IMG/VR virus record: IMGVR_UViG_3300040796_000034
Span: 1 to 64,000 of that record
Strand: one strand, 5' to 3'
Source: a virus
DNA length: 64,000 bases
Shown here: in pieces, positions 9,592 to 19,459 of the stretch
How positions within the stretch are numbered: position 1 is the stretch's first letter
Layout of the letters: each line of letters begins with the position of its first letter
Program-made: the position numbers and the translations under genes
The notes under the pieces: model-generated
What the model was told of the DNA's origin: nothing
Database searches by the model: none
The model's input: the letters and a program-made list of their open reading frames with translations, nothing else

Positions 9592-11160
9592 TTAATTAGT
9601 CGTAATATTCCAATTGCCTTTAGCTTCAAGGTTGGTGATTGCAGCTAATCCATCAAATCCGCCACTACTACTATCTGGTGCTGCATTTCCCGTACCGCTT
9701 AAATCAATATATCCTGATGTTTTGCCAGCAGTGTCAAATGCAACTAATATTTCATTGACAGCAGCGGCAGATAATTGATTGTTTTTAGCAACAAAATTGT
9801 TTAAAGTGGTAGGAACGCTAAATCCAGATACTACCCCCGTTAATTGATTATCTTCTACCCTAAAGATAGTCAGGGAAGGACAGTTTACTAAAGTTGGGAT
9901 GTTTCCTGTAAGCTGATTTTGGAATCCATAAATATAAATTAACTTAGGCAAGTTAGGTAGAATCGGTAAATTGTCCTGTATTTGATTGTTATAAAAATAA
10001 AACCTGAGAAGTTCGGGGCAATTCTGAATATTCCCAGAAAAACGGGAAAAGTTACAGGTATTCAAATAAAAATATTGAAGTCGAGCGCAATTACTTGGCA
10101 AAACAACTGCACCATTTAACCTTATACTCGAAAAGCAATAAAAAGTTTTGATAGTGGAATTACTAATATTAGGAGAATCTCCAGTTAAAAAATTATTATT
10201 TTGGAAGTCAACTGTATCTAATGATGATGAAGAAAAATCTGAAAAACTAGGGAAAAAACCAGAGAACCAATTGCTTGAACTGTAAACATTAGTAGCATTT
10301 GTCAACGTACTTAAATGTTGAGGTACGCAGCCTTTTAAATTTTTTCCTCCTATGTCAAAATTCAATATATTTTCAGGGTTGCTTAATTTTAGAGAAATCC
10401 AATCATTTTGTCTCCCTTGCCCAAAATTTATATAATTTAATAAACTGCCTTTCCATAAAGCACCAGAATCAGAAATCTCGGTGATATTGCTAAAAATATA
10501 AGATGTTGTTAATTTTAATTGCGATTTTAATACATAACCCTCATAAGGCCCATCCAATATTCTGTTTGAAATATTGGGGATTATGGTATTAATTTCCGAA
10601 TTATCCGCTAAGATTAGCAAATCAAAGAAATCTACCCCAAAAGGTAGTTTGGTATCCCCGGAAGAAGCCGTGTAAAAGTTGCCATGAGTAATACCAGACC
10701 AGGTAGAGGCGATACAATAATAAACTTGGTTATTGGGGAGATTAACATTTAAACTGTCGTTACTTAAGTCGTGTCTTAAGTGTGGCTGAGAGCCGTTTGT
10801 TCTTACTATTTCTCCTAATTCAATAACAGTGGGCTGTTCCGCTGCTGTGGGTTGAATAGCTGCATACCCGTTGCCGGATTGGTCTTCAATTGATACGATT
10901 AACCCGTCATTTAAACCAGTAAAAGTTTGAGCGGATGTTTCATTAAAACGATGTTCTGCATTAAAACCAATATCTGATTCTGTATTACCTCCACTTTCTC
11001 GGATTCTGCAACACACTGTATTTGTAGATTTTAATTTAGTAAAAGAGTATGCGGCGACTACAGTAGTTAAAGATTCTAACCAAAAAGTCACATCGGGAAA
11101 TGCAGGATAAATTAAGTTACTACCTGCATAAATTTTTTGAATTTCTGTTAAATTTGGCAT
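9592..11160 (-). CDS. leucine-rich-repeat putative receptor-binding/tail fibre protein
   Basis: LRRs NWFSGFFP, NQIQDNLP, NQLTGNIP, NQLTG; likely ATG at 11160 (MPNLTEI). Confidence 0.6.
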   Translation of the reverse strand: MPNLTEIQKIYAGSNLIYPAFPDVTFWLESLTTVVAAYSFTKLKSTNTVCCRIRESGGNTESDIGFNAEHRFNETSAQTFTGLNDGLIVSIEDQSGNGYAAIQPTAAEQPTVIELGEIVRTNGSQPHLRHDLSNDSLNVNLPNNQVYYCIASTWSGITHGNFYTASSGDTKLPFGVDFFDLLILADNSEINTIIPNISNRILDGPYEGYVLKSQLKLTTSYIFSNITEISDSGALWKGSLLNYINFGQGRQNDWISLKLSNPENILNFDIGGKNLKGCVPQHLSTLTNATNVYSSSNWFSGFFPSFSDFSSSSLDTVDFQNNNFLTGDSPNISNSTIKTFYCFSSIRLNGAVVLPSNCARLQYFYLNTCNFSRFSGNIQNCPELLRFYFYNNQIQDNLPILPNLPKLIYIYGFQNQLTGNIPTLVNCPSLTIFRVEDNQLTGVVSGFSVPTTLNNFVAKNNQLSAAAVNEILVAFDTAGKTSGYIDLSGTGNAAPDSSSGGFDGLAAITNLEAKGNWNITTN

Positions 11161-11268
11161 TTTTTTTATTAAGTAAAAAACAACTTTTCTGAAACTGAAA
11201 AATATAAAGTTCAAATGACTTTAAAGGATTGACCTACATTTTCTAAACATTAATCCTTCCAAAGATTA

Positions 11269-12183
11269 CTAAATAATGAAATACAAAGTATTTGAATCCG
11301 TTGAACTCAAAGCATCGTAATTTTCTTGAGTAATCATTACTGCATTCACTATTTGTAATGCGCCTAAAATACCCGTAGTATCAGAAATAATTGTATCCGT
11401 TAGTCCACTTCCACCGCCACTTGCGGCTAATTCATTTAAAGCAGATTGAACATCAGATGAAGTTAATCCAGAAACAGTATTATCATATAAAACTGTTGTA
11501 GCAGCTTGAAAACCTGTATGGTTAGTTCTGCTTAGTAAAAAAGCATTAGTATTATTAGCTGTTGCACCATCTTGTACATTAAGAAGGTTACGAGCTTGTA
11601 CAGTTGTAAGTATCTCAGGGTCTCCTGTACCTGCTGTAACTCTACCTAGTATTGTATTTTCACTAAAATCTACAAGTTTATTAAGGGTTACAGCATTGTC
11701 AGAAATGGTTAATGCCGAACTTCCAGTAACATCCCCAGTATGTGTTGCGTTAGTAACTTTAGCTGTATTAGCTGCTACAAGTGTATTATTATTCACTGCA
11801 ACATCGAAACCAGTAATTTTGTTTGTAGGTATATCGGGTATTACAGAAAGATAGATAAGACCAAACTCATCTAACCCAGGATAGCCCTCTATCTGATTTT
11901 TATTAGCAGGGTCTTCTTTAAGAAGCAACTCTGCACTTATTTTGGTACTAGACCAAGTAGTTGAGTTTGATATAGTACCATCACTAATACCTACACCAGC
12001 GCCACCTCCCGATATAGCATCTATTTCGAGTTGTAGTTCTTGAATCCGTGCATAAGTTTTATATGCACTCCAAAGTTCTGTTTGAGAAGCCCCCATATCG
12101 TTAATAGGGAGTAAATCAATTCTCAGATGTCCATTTTCATCTGCAAGATATGATAAATTAGGATATATTCGAGTTGTTGTCAC
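11269..12183 (-). CDS. tail fibre-like protein
   Basis: Fibre motifs TTWSSTKI, GYPGLDE.G, NATHTGDVTG, LLSRTNHTG.Q, DVQSALNEL. Confidence 0.65.
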   Translation of the reverse strand: MTTTRIYPNLSYLADENGHLRIDLLPINDMGASQTELWSAYKTYARIQELQLEIDAISGGGAGVGISDGTISNSTTWSSTKISAELLLKEDPANKNQIEGYPGLDEFGLIYLSVIPDIPTNKITGFDVAVNNNTLVAANTAKVTNATHTGDVTGSSALTISDNAVTLNKLVDFSENTILGRVTAGTGDPEILTTVQARNLLNVQDGATANNTNAFLLSRTNHTGFQAATTVLYDNTVSGLTSSDVQSALNELAASGGGSGLTDTIISDTTGILGALQIVNAVMITQENYDALSSTDSNTLYFII

Positions 12184-12197
12184 AATATTTAATTATT

Positions 12198-13037
12198 ATG
12201 GAAGAGATTACTAAAGATTATAACAAAGGTTTGACTAAGGTACTTTTATGTGAAGGTGTGTACGGTATTGAAGAGACTGGTCTTCTTTATATAGACCCTG
12301 ATTATTACAAAAAATTAGCCAGTATTGATATTTCAGATTTCTTGAAACAAAAGAAAGATTTTAGTAAGAGTAGTGACAAAGTTTTTGACTATATTCCATA
12401 CCACAAAGCTATTGACTTGTTAAGACAAAACTGCCCGGCATTGTACCCAGATTTTGTAAAAAATGTTGATGGGGGTTATGTTCATTATGAAAATCTTGAA
12501 GGAAATAAATTAGTCTATATTGAAGTCTTTTTAACTAACGGAATTTATAAGTCAATCCCTTTGATGGTTGCTATTACTACAGGAGCTAACCGAGCTATGT
12601 CTCCTAAAGAAATATCTTCTACAGACCTTCGTAATAACATGGCAAGAGCCTCAGTGAAAGCTATAGCGGCTGTTACTGGTATTGGCGTACAACCCTTTAC
12701 ACAAGAGGATTTAGAAGAGTTTAAACAAAAACAAGACTTAATATCTACTGTAAATAGCTTGTACTCTCAGATTGATGAATTGGGTATGCACATTGAGATA
12801 CGAGATACGTCAAATATGACTCCTGTACAATTACAGAACCATATTAAAGTGTTATCTCTAAATGTTAAGGAGTCTAAGAAACGTAAAACTTATCATCAAA
12901 GAATTAAGGAACTACAAAAGACTATTGAAAGTAAAGGAGTTATGTTAGCTGATTACCCGGCTCTTGAGTCGATGTCTATAGATGAATTAGATAAATACGG
13001 TAAATCTCTTTCTGAACAAGTTAAGAAGCTTAAATAA
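12198..13037 (+). CDS. ssDNA annealing protein (Sak3/DUF1071-like)
   Basis: FDYIPY..A, MARASVKAIAAVTGIG; lies near the SSB and exonuclease genes; ATG at 12198. Confidence 0.6.
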   Translation: MEEITKDYNKGLTKVLLCEGVYGIEETGLLYIDPDYYKKLASIDISDFLKQKKDFSKSSDKVFDYIPYHKAIDLLRQNCPALYPDFVKNVDGGYVHYENLEGNKLVYIEVFLTNGIYKSIPLMVAITTGANRAMSPKEISSTDLRNNMARASVKAIAAVTGIGVQPFTQEDLEEFKQKQDLISTVNSLYSQIDELGMHIEIRDTSNMTPVQLQNHIKVLSLNVKESKKRKTYHQRIKELQKTIESKGVMLADYPALESMSIDELDKYGKSLSEQVKKLK

Positions 13038-13108
13038 AAAGCTATGCTAAATAAATGTCGATGTTGATACTAAACGTAAGTAAGTTGCCAAATTTAACAA
13101 ATACAGTT

Positions 13109-13216
13109 ATGACACCTATAGGCAACTGGAATACTTCCAACTGGAAATGGGATAATTGGAAAAATCTTCCCGCATCAGGTTGGAAATGCTCTTGTGGATT
13201 TTGCGACAAAAATTAA
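13109..13216 (+). CDS. Trp-rich 35-aa micropeptide with CxCxxC
   Basis: Hand translation MTPIGNWNTSNWKWDNWKNLPASGWKCSCGFCDKN*. Confidence 0.45.
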   Translation: MTPIGNWNTSNWKWDNWKNLPASGWKCSCGFCDKN

Positions 13217-13283
13217 CCCACTTATAAGATTCTGATAAACTTAGACAACTGATAGATTTATTTACCAACACTAACAAACTAAT

Positions 13284-13721
13284 ATGTCCACATTTAACAC
13301 CAAAGCAATCATTACAACTCAAGCAACCTTTAACGCTTGCCGCCCGACAAAAAACGGTGCAGGGACTCAGGCTACCTTTGTCTTGAATAATAAAGACCGG
13401 AACAATAATGAGACAACTACCTGGATTAATGTCTTATTAAATGATGACTTAAAGGCTTATTTTGAAGGTAAGTGGAAACCCGGTACAGATGCCCTTATTA
13501 CTTTCACGACTCCTTTTGATAACTATTTTGTAAATAGTAAAGACAGTCCCAAAGGTAAGGTGTACAACCTCTCCGGCATACTTGTATCGGCTCAAAAGAT
13601 TGTCTCTTACGGTGATAAGTCTTCTAACGCTAATAAGCAAGAAAAAGTGAAAAATAGTAATGATAAATTTGTTGAAGGTAATATTGATACAGATATTGAG
13701 GAGATTACACCCGGATGGTAA
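13284..13721 (+). CDS. single-stranded DNA-binding protein-like
   Basis: OB-like TTWINV motif; acidic aromatic tail DTDIEEITPGW; next to the SSAP. Confidence 0.6.
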   Translation: MSTFNTKAIITTQATFNACRPTKNGAGTQATFVLNNKDRNNNETTTWINVLLNDDLKAYFEGKWKPGTDALITFTTPFDNYFVNSKDSPKGKVYNLSGILVSAQKIVSYGDKSSNANKQEKVKNSNDKFVEGNIDTDIEEITPGW

Positions 13722-14050
13722 ACAAGTATATCAAAGACTGTGCTGTAAATATTGAGAGGGATTACAGCATAGTTATTAATTTCACACCTCATTTAACTCT
13801 TGATAAGTACAATAAAATTTTTGCCGATATAAGCAAATTAGTTGAAGGTATTCCCATCTTTAAATCTAAGGATACAGGGATATGTCCTTACGATAATGTA
13901 ATCAAAATAAGTCTTTCAAGATACATGGACATACAACTCTTGTACTGGGATTTGTATGCAATGCTTCAAAGAAGGAAAGATATCTCTGTTGTAAAAACTT
14001 CTTTAAAAAAACCTAGTACAGGTAGAAGTAAAAAGACAGATAAAGAATAG
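13715..14050 (+). CDS. hypothetical protein
   Basis: 111-aa ORF overlapping the SSB end. Confidence 0.5.
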   Translation: MVNKYIKDCAVNIERDYSIVINFTPHLTLDKYNKIFADISKLVEGIPIFKSKDTGICPYDNVIKISLSRYMDIQLLYWDLYAMLQRRKDISVVKTSLKKPSTGRSKKTDKE

Positions 14051-14115
14051 ATAGCTGAGTAATATTCGATATAAGACTGGAACGATACCATACACCAATT
14101 ACAAGATTTAGACAC

Positions 14116-14928
14116 ATGGACATGACTAATTTTTCAAAAATAAAAAATGAGATAATCTTAGATGCTCAAGGTCGTGGATTTATTAGCAGGCGTGGTCTTG
14201 CTAAACTCTTAGGAATTTCTCATACCTCGATTCTCCCAGACAGGATGTCAAAGAAACTTTCTAAGGCTCTTGAAATCTTTAAGAATGGTGTGATAATTGA
14301 AGGGGGTAAACTCGCAAACCCTGAGAGTATAAAGGATACGGCCCTCTCAAAAAATGGTGCGATATGGATTCCTGACGTTGAAATCCCTATCTATGCCCAA
14401 CATTTTGCCTATATAGCTCGTAGTAAATCCCTGCAAGCTGCTGAGTTTATTAATGCCTTTGCAGCAGTAGGTATCCGTAAATGGATACAGTCTATTAAAG
14501 AAGAGGAGACTCCGGTTTTAGAACCTGTACAAGAGGTATCTAGTCAAAAGCTGATGTTACAGGCAATGAAAGAGCTAATGAATGTTTATGAGTATGCAGA
14601 CGACAAAAAAGGTTTACAAGATATCCTTGATTTTGCTAAAGTTCAATCTAATTCAATACAAGGAACCTTAACTGTACAAGATGTATTTGAAGAGATGAAG
14701 ATAGCCCCCTCTAGGAGCTTAAATATTCAAATTTGCTTACAAGTGGCTCAAGCATACCGGAATCTTACGCAAAAGGAACCCGGCAAAACTCGTCGTGAAT
14801 ATTACTGTAAGAGCCAAAACCAAGATAAGAAGGTTAAAAGGTTCAACCTTGTAAACTCTTACCCTGCTGAATGTAAAGTCATAATTGAGAATGCGATTAT
14901 GAAAAACATAGGTCGTTATGATGGCTAG
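14116..14928 (+). CDS. antirepressor/KilA-like DNA-binding protein (cyanobacterial phage type)
   Basis: HTH-like GFISRRGLAKLLGISH; FAAVGIRKWIQ. Confidence 0.55.
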   Translation: MDMTNFSKIKNEIILDAQGRGFISRRGLAKLLGISHTSILPDRMSKKLSKALEIFKNGVIIEGGKLANPESIKDTALSKNGAIWIPDVEIPIYAQHFAYIARSKSLQAAEFINAFAAVGIRKWIQSIKEEETPVLEPVQEVSSQKLMLQAMKELMNVYEYADDKKGLQDILDFAKVQSNSIQGTLTVQDVFEEMKIAPSRSLNIQICLQVAQAYRNLTQKEPGKTRREYYCKSQNQDKKVKRFNLVNSYPAECKVIIENAIMKNIGRYDG

Positions 14929-14962
14929 GTTACAATAGCTATAGAAATCTACATCTATAGCA

Positions 14963-15832
14963 ATGTCTAAAGTAAAAATCGTCACAAAAAACAATCAAAG
15001 ATTTTACGAGATTGACGGTAGGAAATGTCCAAGCGTAACTACCGTCCTCTCTTTTTTTGAAGATAAGTCATTTCTTAACGATTGGAAGTCTATTCCAGGT
15101 AATGAAAAGAAAAGTAGAGACAGTCTTAATCGTGGTAAACGTATTCACCGTTATTTAGAATTAGTTCTTAAACAAAATGTGAAAGAATTAGATAAATGTA
15201 AAATATGTCTAACTGACGATGACTGGAAATACATTAAGCTTTATCAGGCTTATTTAGAGTCATTTACTCCTTTATACCTAGAACATAAGGTAGGCTATTT
15301 TAGAGAGGTAGAAGGCTCAACAATAGGCGCTGGTGGAACGTTTGATGCCTTAGTTCAGTTAAGAGATAACATTGCCCTTAAAGAGAAAGGGACTAAAAAC
15401 AGTGAAGAGAAAAATATTGAACTACCAAATACTAAATTCATTGTAGATTATAAGAATGTTTCTAAACAAAATAACTTGTATTACTATATCAAATACTTTT
15501 TACAAGTAGCTGCCTATACGGCATTTTTCAATTTTCAAGATGAGTTAAAGTTAAGAGTAAATCAAGCAATAGTAGTGGTTAATTCTGGACATACAATTAA
15601 ATACTTGTACGTTAAACCTAGATTACTTTCACTGTATTTTAGTATGTTTCAAGACTTACTATTTTATTACTCTAAAAAAAGTGATACAAGAAAAGATGCA
15701 ACTCAGTTTTTTAAAGACATGATACGAGAAAAGTTAAATGTTTCATATAAAAATAACTACTACATCTTAGACAATAATTTCATGCCACAAAATGTAATCC
15801 TTTTCCCAACAGTTACTAATGAAACAAACTAA
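14963..15832 (+). CDS. PD-(D/E)XK exonuclease
   Basis: PSVTTVL, RGKRIH, GGTFD, IVDYK, YFLQVAAY. Confidence 0.8.
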   Translation: MSKVKIVTKNNQRFYEIDGRKCPSVTTVLSFFEDKSFLNDWKSIPGNEKKSRDSLNRGKRIHRYLELVLKQNVKELDKCKICLTDDDWKYIKLYQAYLESFTPLYLEHKVGYFREVEGSTIGAGGTFDALVQLRDNIALKEKGTKNSEEKNIELPNTKFIVDYKNVSKQNNLYYYIKYFLQVAAYTAFFNFQDELKLRVNQAIVVVNSGHTIKYLYVKPRLLSLYFSMFQDLLFYYSKKSDTRKDATQFFKDMIREKLNVSYKNNYYILDNNFMPQNVILFPTVTNETN

Positions 15833-16187
15833 GTTTAGTATAGACTATTCTAGTGAATCTATTGATAAAATAAATACTAACAATATTTGGTTTCAGTTAT
15901 GTAAAAGACTTTTATTAAGAAATGGTGAATTAGTGTCTGAGATTGATAATTACATTCAAATAGAGTCAGTATTCTCTAATATGTGTAACTTTTTTGAAAT
16001 ACATAATAGAACAAAGTTTATTAAAAAGCTTTGGTTCGATATCTCCTTTACTGAAGGTTGCTATATTTTTGAAATAGAGTGGCTTTGGTTTAGTTTTTCT
16101 AGTAGAAATAGTAGTTATTATCCTCCTAAAAAATCTAAAGATAACTGGAAAAATTGTGATTATTTAACTCCGTTTCCTTTAATCTAA
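15819..16187 (+). CDS. hypothetical protein
   Basis: 122-aa ORF in operon. Confidence 0.5.
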   Translation: MKQTKFSIDYSSESIDKINTNNIWFQLCKRLLLRNGELVSEIDNYIQIESVFSNMCNFFEIHNRTKFIKKLWFDISFTEGCYIFEIEWLWFSFSSRNSSYYPPKKSKDNWKNCDYLTPFPLI

Positions 16188-16192
16188 AATAA

Positions 16193-16681
16193 ATGAAACT
16201 AAACAAACTACAAACAGTTTATACAACAACACAAAGAGAGATTAGACAAGGCTTTATTTCTCTAACAATACAGTCAGAAGTATCTAATACAGTTTCCGAT
16301 TTCTCCTTTTGTTTAGATTTTACTAAATCTAGTTACTTTACAGTCTTAGAGAACTATAATATTTATTTTGGTAAAAAATGGTATCATTATATATTACCGT
16401 TAATAAGACCTAAAGTTAATATCGAATTTGTACATGAAATTACACCACAAAAAATTTTAGAGTATCAAAGTGCTAATCAATATTTTAATTTTTCATTAGG
16501 TTTTTGGTTTGATTTAGGTGTAGAGTTTTCGACTATAAAAGACTATTGGAGAAAAGAAGAAGCTTATAGAAAAAATTGTGAACGTTGGTATTTAGAAAAT
16601 GAAAGTAAATTGAAAGAAGAGGCAGATAAAGAATGTAATTATTTAATTAACTATTTTGAAGAAATAAGTAAAAATAAATAA
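16193..16681 (+). CDS. hypothetical protein
   Basis: 162-aa ORF in operon. Confidence 0.5.
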   Translation: MKLNKLQTVYTTTQREIRQGFISLTIQSEVSNTVSDFSFCLDFTKSSYFTVLENYNIYFGKKWYHYILPLIRPKVNIEFVHEITPQKILEYQSANQYFNFSLGFWFDLGVEFSTIKDYWRKEEAYRKNCERWYLENESKLKEEADKECNYLINYFEEISKNK

Positions 16682-17519
16682 ATGATTAATAATATTCATA
16701 AACTAAGTGTTTACAAAGAGACTGCTACTGAATATCATTGTTACTGTCCAATATGTAATAGTAAGAACCTTAAAATAAATAAGGAGTCCGGTAAGTGGAA
16801 AAACTTTCTCATGTAACTGTAATAGACATTTAATCTATTCAAGTGTTTCTGATAAAGATGAGTATGTACCAGTCTATAGAGAAAAGGAACTACCTCCGAA
16901 TCCTATTCTTTATCAAGATGCTCGATTTAAGACACTCTCTAACGCCGTAGAGCTTCTTAAAGTTGGTAATAAAACATATTATCATTATGACAGTGAAAGG
17001 GCAGTAGAAAGGCTAGAAACAGTCAATGGTAAAAAAATTTATCCGACATACCAAAGGAGTTACGGTTTAGGTAAAGACATTTGGCCTTTGTATTCTTGTA
17101 AAGGGTCTATTGGAAAAGGTAATTCTGTAATAGTTTTAGAAGGTGAGAAGTGTGTAGATGTCTTTACAAAAACTACGGGACTGTACTCGTGTACACTGTT
17201 AACGGCATATACATCCAACGAAACTCGTATAGAAGAGAGTCTAAAGAAAACAGAAGCTTTACAAGACGTTACTAAATTTCTCTACATCTCAGATAACGAT
17301 AAACCAGGTTATGATAAGGCAGTAAAGTTTAATAGAACTCTTTGGAAGCTAGGTTACGAGTCTAGTATGATTGATATTAATAATTTTGCAAGATACTATA
17401 ATATTTCACTAAAAGAAGGGGATGATATTGTAGAATTTCTTGCAAGCTATAGAAGCAAAGGTGATGATAAAATAAGGTTTTTAAAACTTTTGAGAGGTTA
17501 CATTAATCGTGACAATTAG
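16682..17519 (+). CDS. DNA primase (Zn finger + TOPRIM), split by a +1 frameshift near 16799-16803
   Basis: ATG 16682 gives YCPIC..GKWK then a stop; removing one A of AAAAA continues TFSCNC into the TOPRIM motifs VLEGEKC, SDND.PG, GDD. Confidence 0.75.
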
Positions 17520-18930
17520 TATTTTTGACGACAATAAGGATTTAGAGAGGAAATTAAAAAACTTAGATAATGACTTAAAAGATTTAGGTAAGATAGATGA
17601 AAGTGAAGTAGCTAAAATAGATGTTTTACTTTCACTTCTAGTCATAAAATACAGTAGAGGTGAAGATGCTATACCGGGAATTACTGAAGCAAAACTAAAG
17701 AGCTACTACAAGCACTATAGACAACCAGGTACTAAAGATTCTAAGACTTACAAGTTAGGTGAATTACTTGACCAGCAAGACTCTCGAAAAGAGTTAGTTA
17801 GAGGAATGATACCGGAAGGTGGTTTAACCCTGGTAGGAGCGCAACCTAAGACGGGTAAATCTCTTTTAATGTATGAGTTAATCTATTGCCTACTCACTCA
17901 TACTCCGTTTCTTGGGTTTACTACAAGAGAGTGTCAGAAGATAGCTTTTTATCAGCTTGAGGAACCTAAGTCAATCGTAAGTCATAGATTAAAAACTCGT
18001 GGATTTAAAGAAGCTGTTGAAGATTATAATTGGAGTGAAAAGGGTAAAGAGTTAATTACCTTAAGGTCTTTACAACTTGTAGGTAAAGGTCTTCAAAATA
18101 TTAAAGAGTTCATTGAAAAGGAGAGACCTGACGTAGTTATAATAGATAGTCTTAGAGCCGCTACATATACGTCAAATATTTCAGAAAACAGTGCTGAGTG
18201 GGCATTTCCTTTATATTTTTTACAAACGTTATGTAAAGACTACGATACAACAATTATCGTTATTCACCACTTTAATAAAGCAGCATCCAATGGTAGTACA
18301 AGAGGTACAATCAGTGACTTTGCAGGTACAAGTGCTATTACCGGGAATTGTGACATGATGATAATGTTGTACAGGGATATTGACAGTAATAATATTAAAC
18401 TTAAAACCATTCCAAGAGAAGGTGAGACAATTTACTGTGACGTTGAAAGATTACTTGAAGAAGGTGAAAGATTTAAGTATGCTAGGATTGTTTCAAATAG
18501 CGTAGATAAGAAAAATATTTTAATTGAGACGTTAATTCTGTATTACCTATATCCAAGGAACAAACTTACTAAGACAGAGATTACTAATAAGATTTACACG
18601 GTAATTCCTTATGATGAAGAGTTCTACAGTAAATGTTTAAGTAGTCTGTATTCTTCTGGAGTCGTTGATACAGAAAGAGTTCTTAACGGTACAGAAAAGA
18701 CATGGTACTACTTAATTAAATCCGGTGTTTTAGAAAGTGGAGACCTGGTACTTTATGTGACTAGGCTTTTGTACAAGATAATTTCTTTATATACTCAGAA
18801 TAAAGATAAAATGTATGAGTTTTGGGAAGAAATAAAGTCTAAACAAAATCAAGAAAGACTTCAGTTATTAAAAGAAGCTATTAATATTATTAATCCAGAA
18901 ATTAGTTTAAATAAAGAAAATGTTAATTAA
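17509..18930 (+). CDS. RecA-like replicative helicase (RepA/AAA_25 type)
   Basis: Walker A GAQPKTGKS, YQLEE, Walker B VIIDS, IHHFNK. Confidence 0.85.
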   Translation: MTISIFDDNKDLERKLKNLDNDLKDLGKIDESEVAKIDVLLSLLVIKYSRGEDAIPGITEAKLKSYYKHYRQPGTKDSKTYKLGELLDQQDSRKELVRGMIPEGGLTLVGAQPKTGKSLLMYELIYCLLTHTPFLGFTTRECQKIAFYQLEEPKSIVSHRLKTRGFKEAVEDYNWSEKGKELITLRSLQLVGKGLQNIKEFIEKERPDVVIIDSLRAATYTSNISENSAEWAFPLYFLQTLCKDYDTTIIVIHHFNKAASNGSTRGTISDFAGTSAITGNCDMMIMLYRDIDSNNIKLKTIPREGETIYCDVERLLEEGERFKYARIVSNSVDKKNILIETLILYYLYPRNKLTKTEITNKIYTVIPYDEEFYSKCLSSLYSSGVVDTERVLNGTEKTWYYLIKSGVLESGDLVLYVTRLLYKIISLYTQNKDKMYEFWEEIKSKQNQERLQLLKEAINIINPEISLNKENVN

Positions 18931-19459
18931 AGGCACTTTAAAAAAAAGTATTGAAGAGAGTTATGAAAATGAGACAGTTAAGGTTCGATATTTTCTTGAA
19001 ACAGAAATAGATTCTCAAGTTGTACAGATAGATTCAACTTTATCAAAACATCTTATTCAGAAATATCCTGAAATAGATAGTCGTGAATTTATCTTCAGAG
19101 GACTACCTTACACAGTCCCTAAAGGTTCTGGTGATGACTATGAATCTATTCTTCATTTTGATTTATTCAAAATTACTGACGAGACAGTAGCTTCTAAATT
19201 CTTTGTATTAGACGTCTATGTAACAGGTGTCTATACAAAAAGTGAAAGAAATAAACAAAGTTTTTTAATTGCAGAAATCATTGATAATAGAGATTTTATA
19301 AAGAACAATATAAATAAGAGACGTAAAATAAAACTTCTTTTTGATGAGAATGAGTTAAGTAACGTAGCTAAAACTAAGGGGCATAATACATTTATATGCA
19401 CTCTTAGTTCTGGTAATTGTGTGTATGTTGTAAATAAAGATAAAGAATCTTACAGGTGA
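18920..19459 (+). CDS. hypothetical replication-module protein
   Basis: Overlaps both the helicase and polymerase genes. Confidence 0.5.
   Translation: MLIKGTLKKSIEESYENETVKVRYFLETEIDSQVVQIDSTLSKHLIQKYPEIDSREFIFRGLPYTVPKGSGDDYESILHFDLFKITDETVASKFFVLDVYVTGVYTKSERNKQSFLIAEIIDNRDFIKNNINKRRKIKLLFDENELSNVAKTKGHNTFICTLSSGNCVYVVNKDKESYR

Noticed and set aside
13038-13108. Possible tmRNA or other ncRNA
   Set aside because: No tRNA-like ends or T-loop; the adjacent space is better explained by a micro-ORF
17088-17519. Stand-alone 143-aa TOPRIM gene starting at TTG
   Set aside because: The frame is open upstream and joins the Zn-finger ORF; it is the 3' part of the primase
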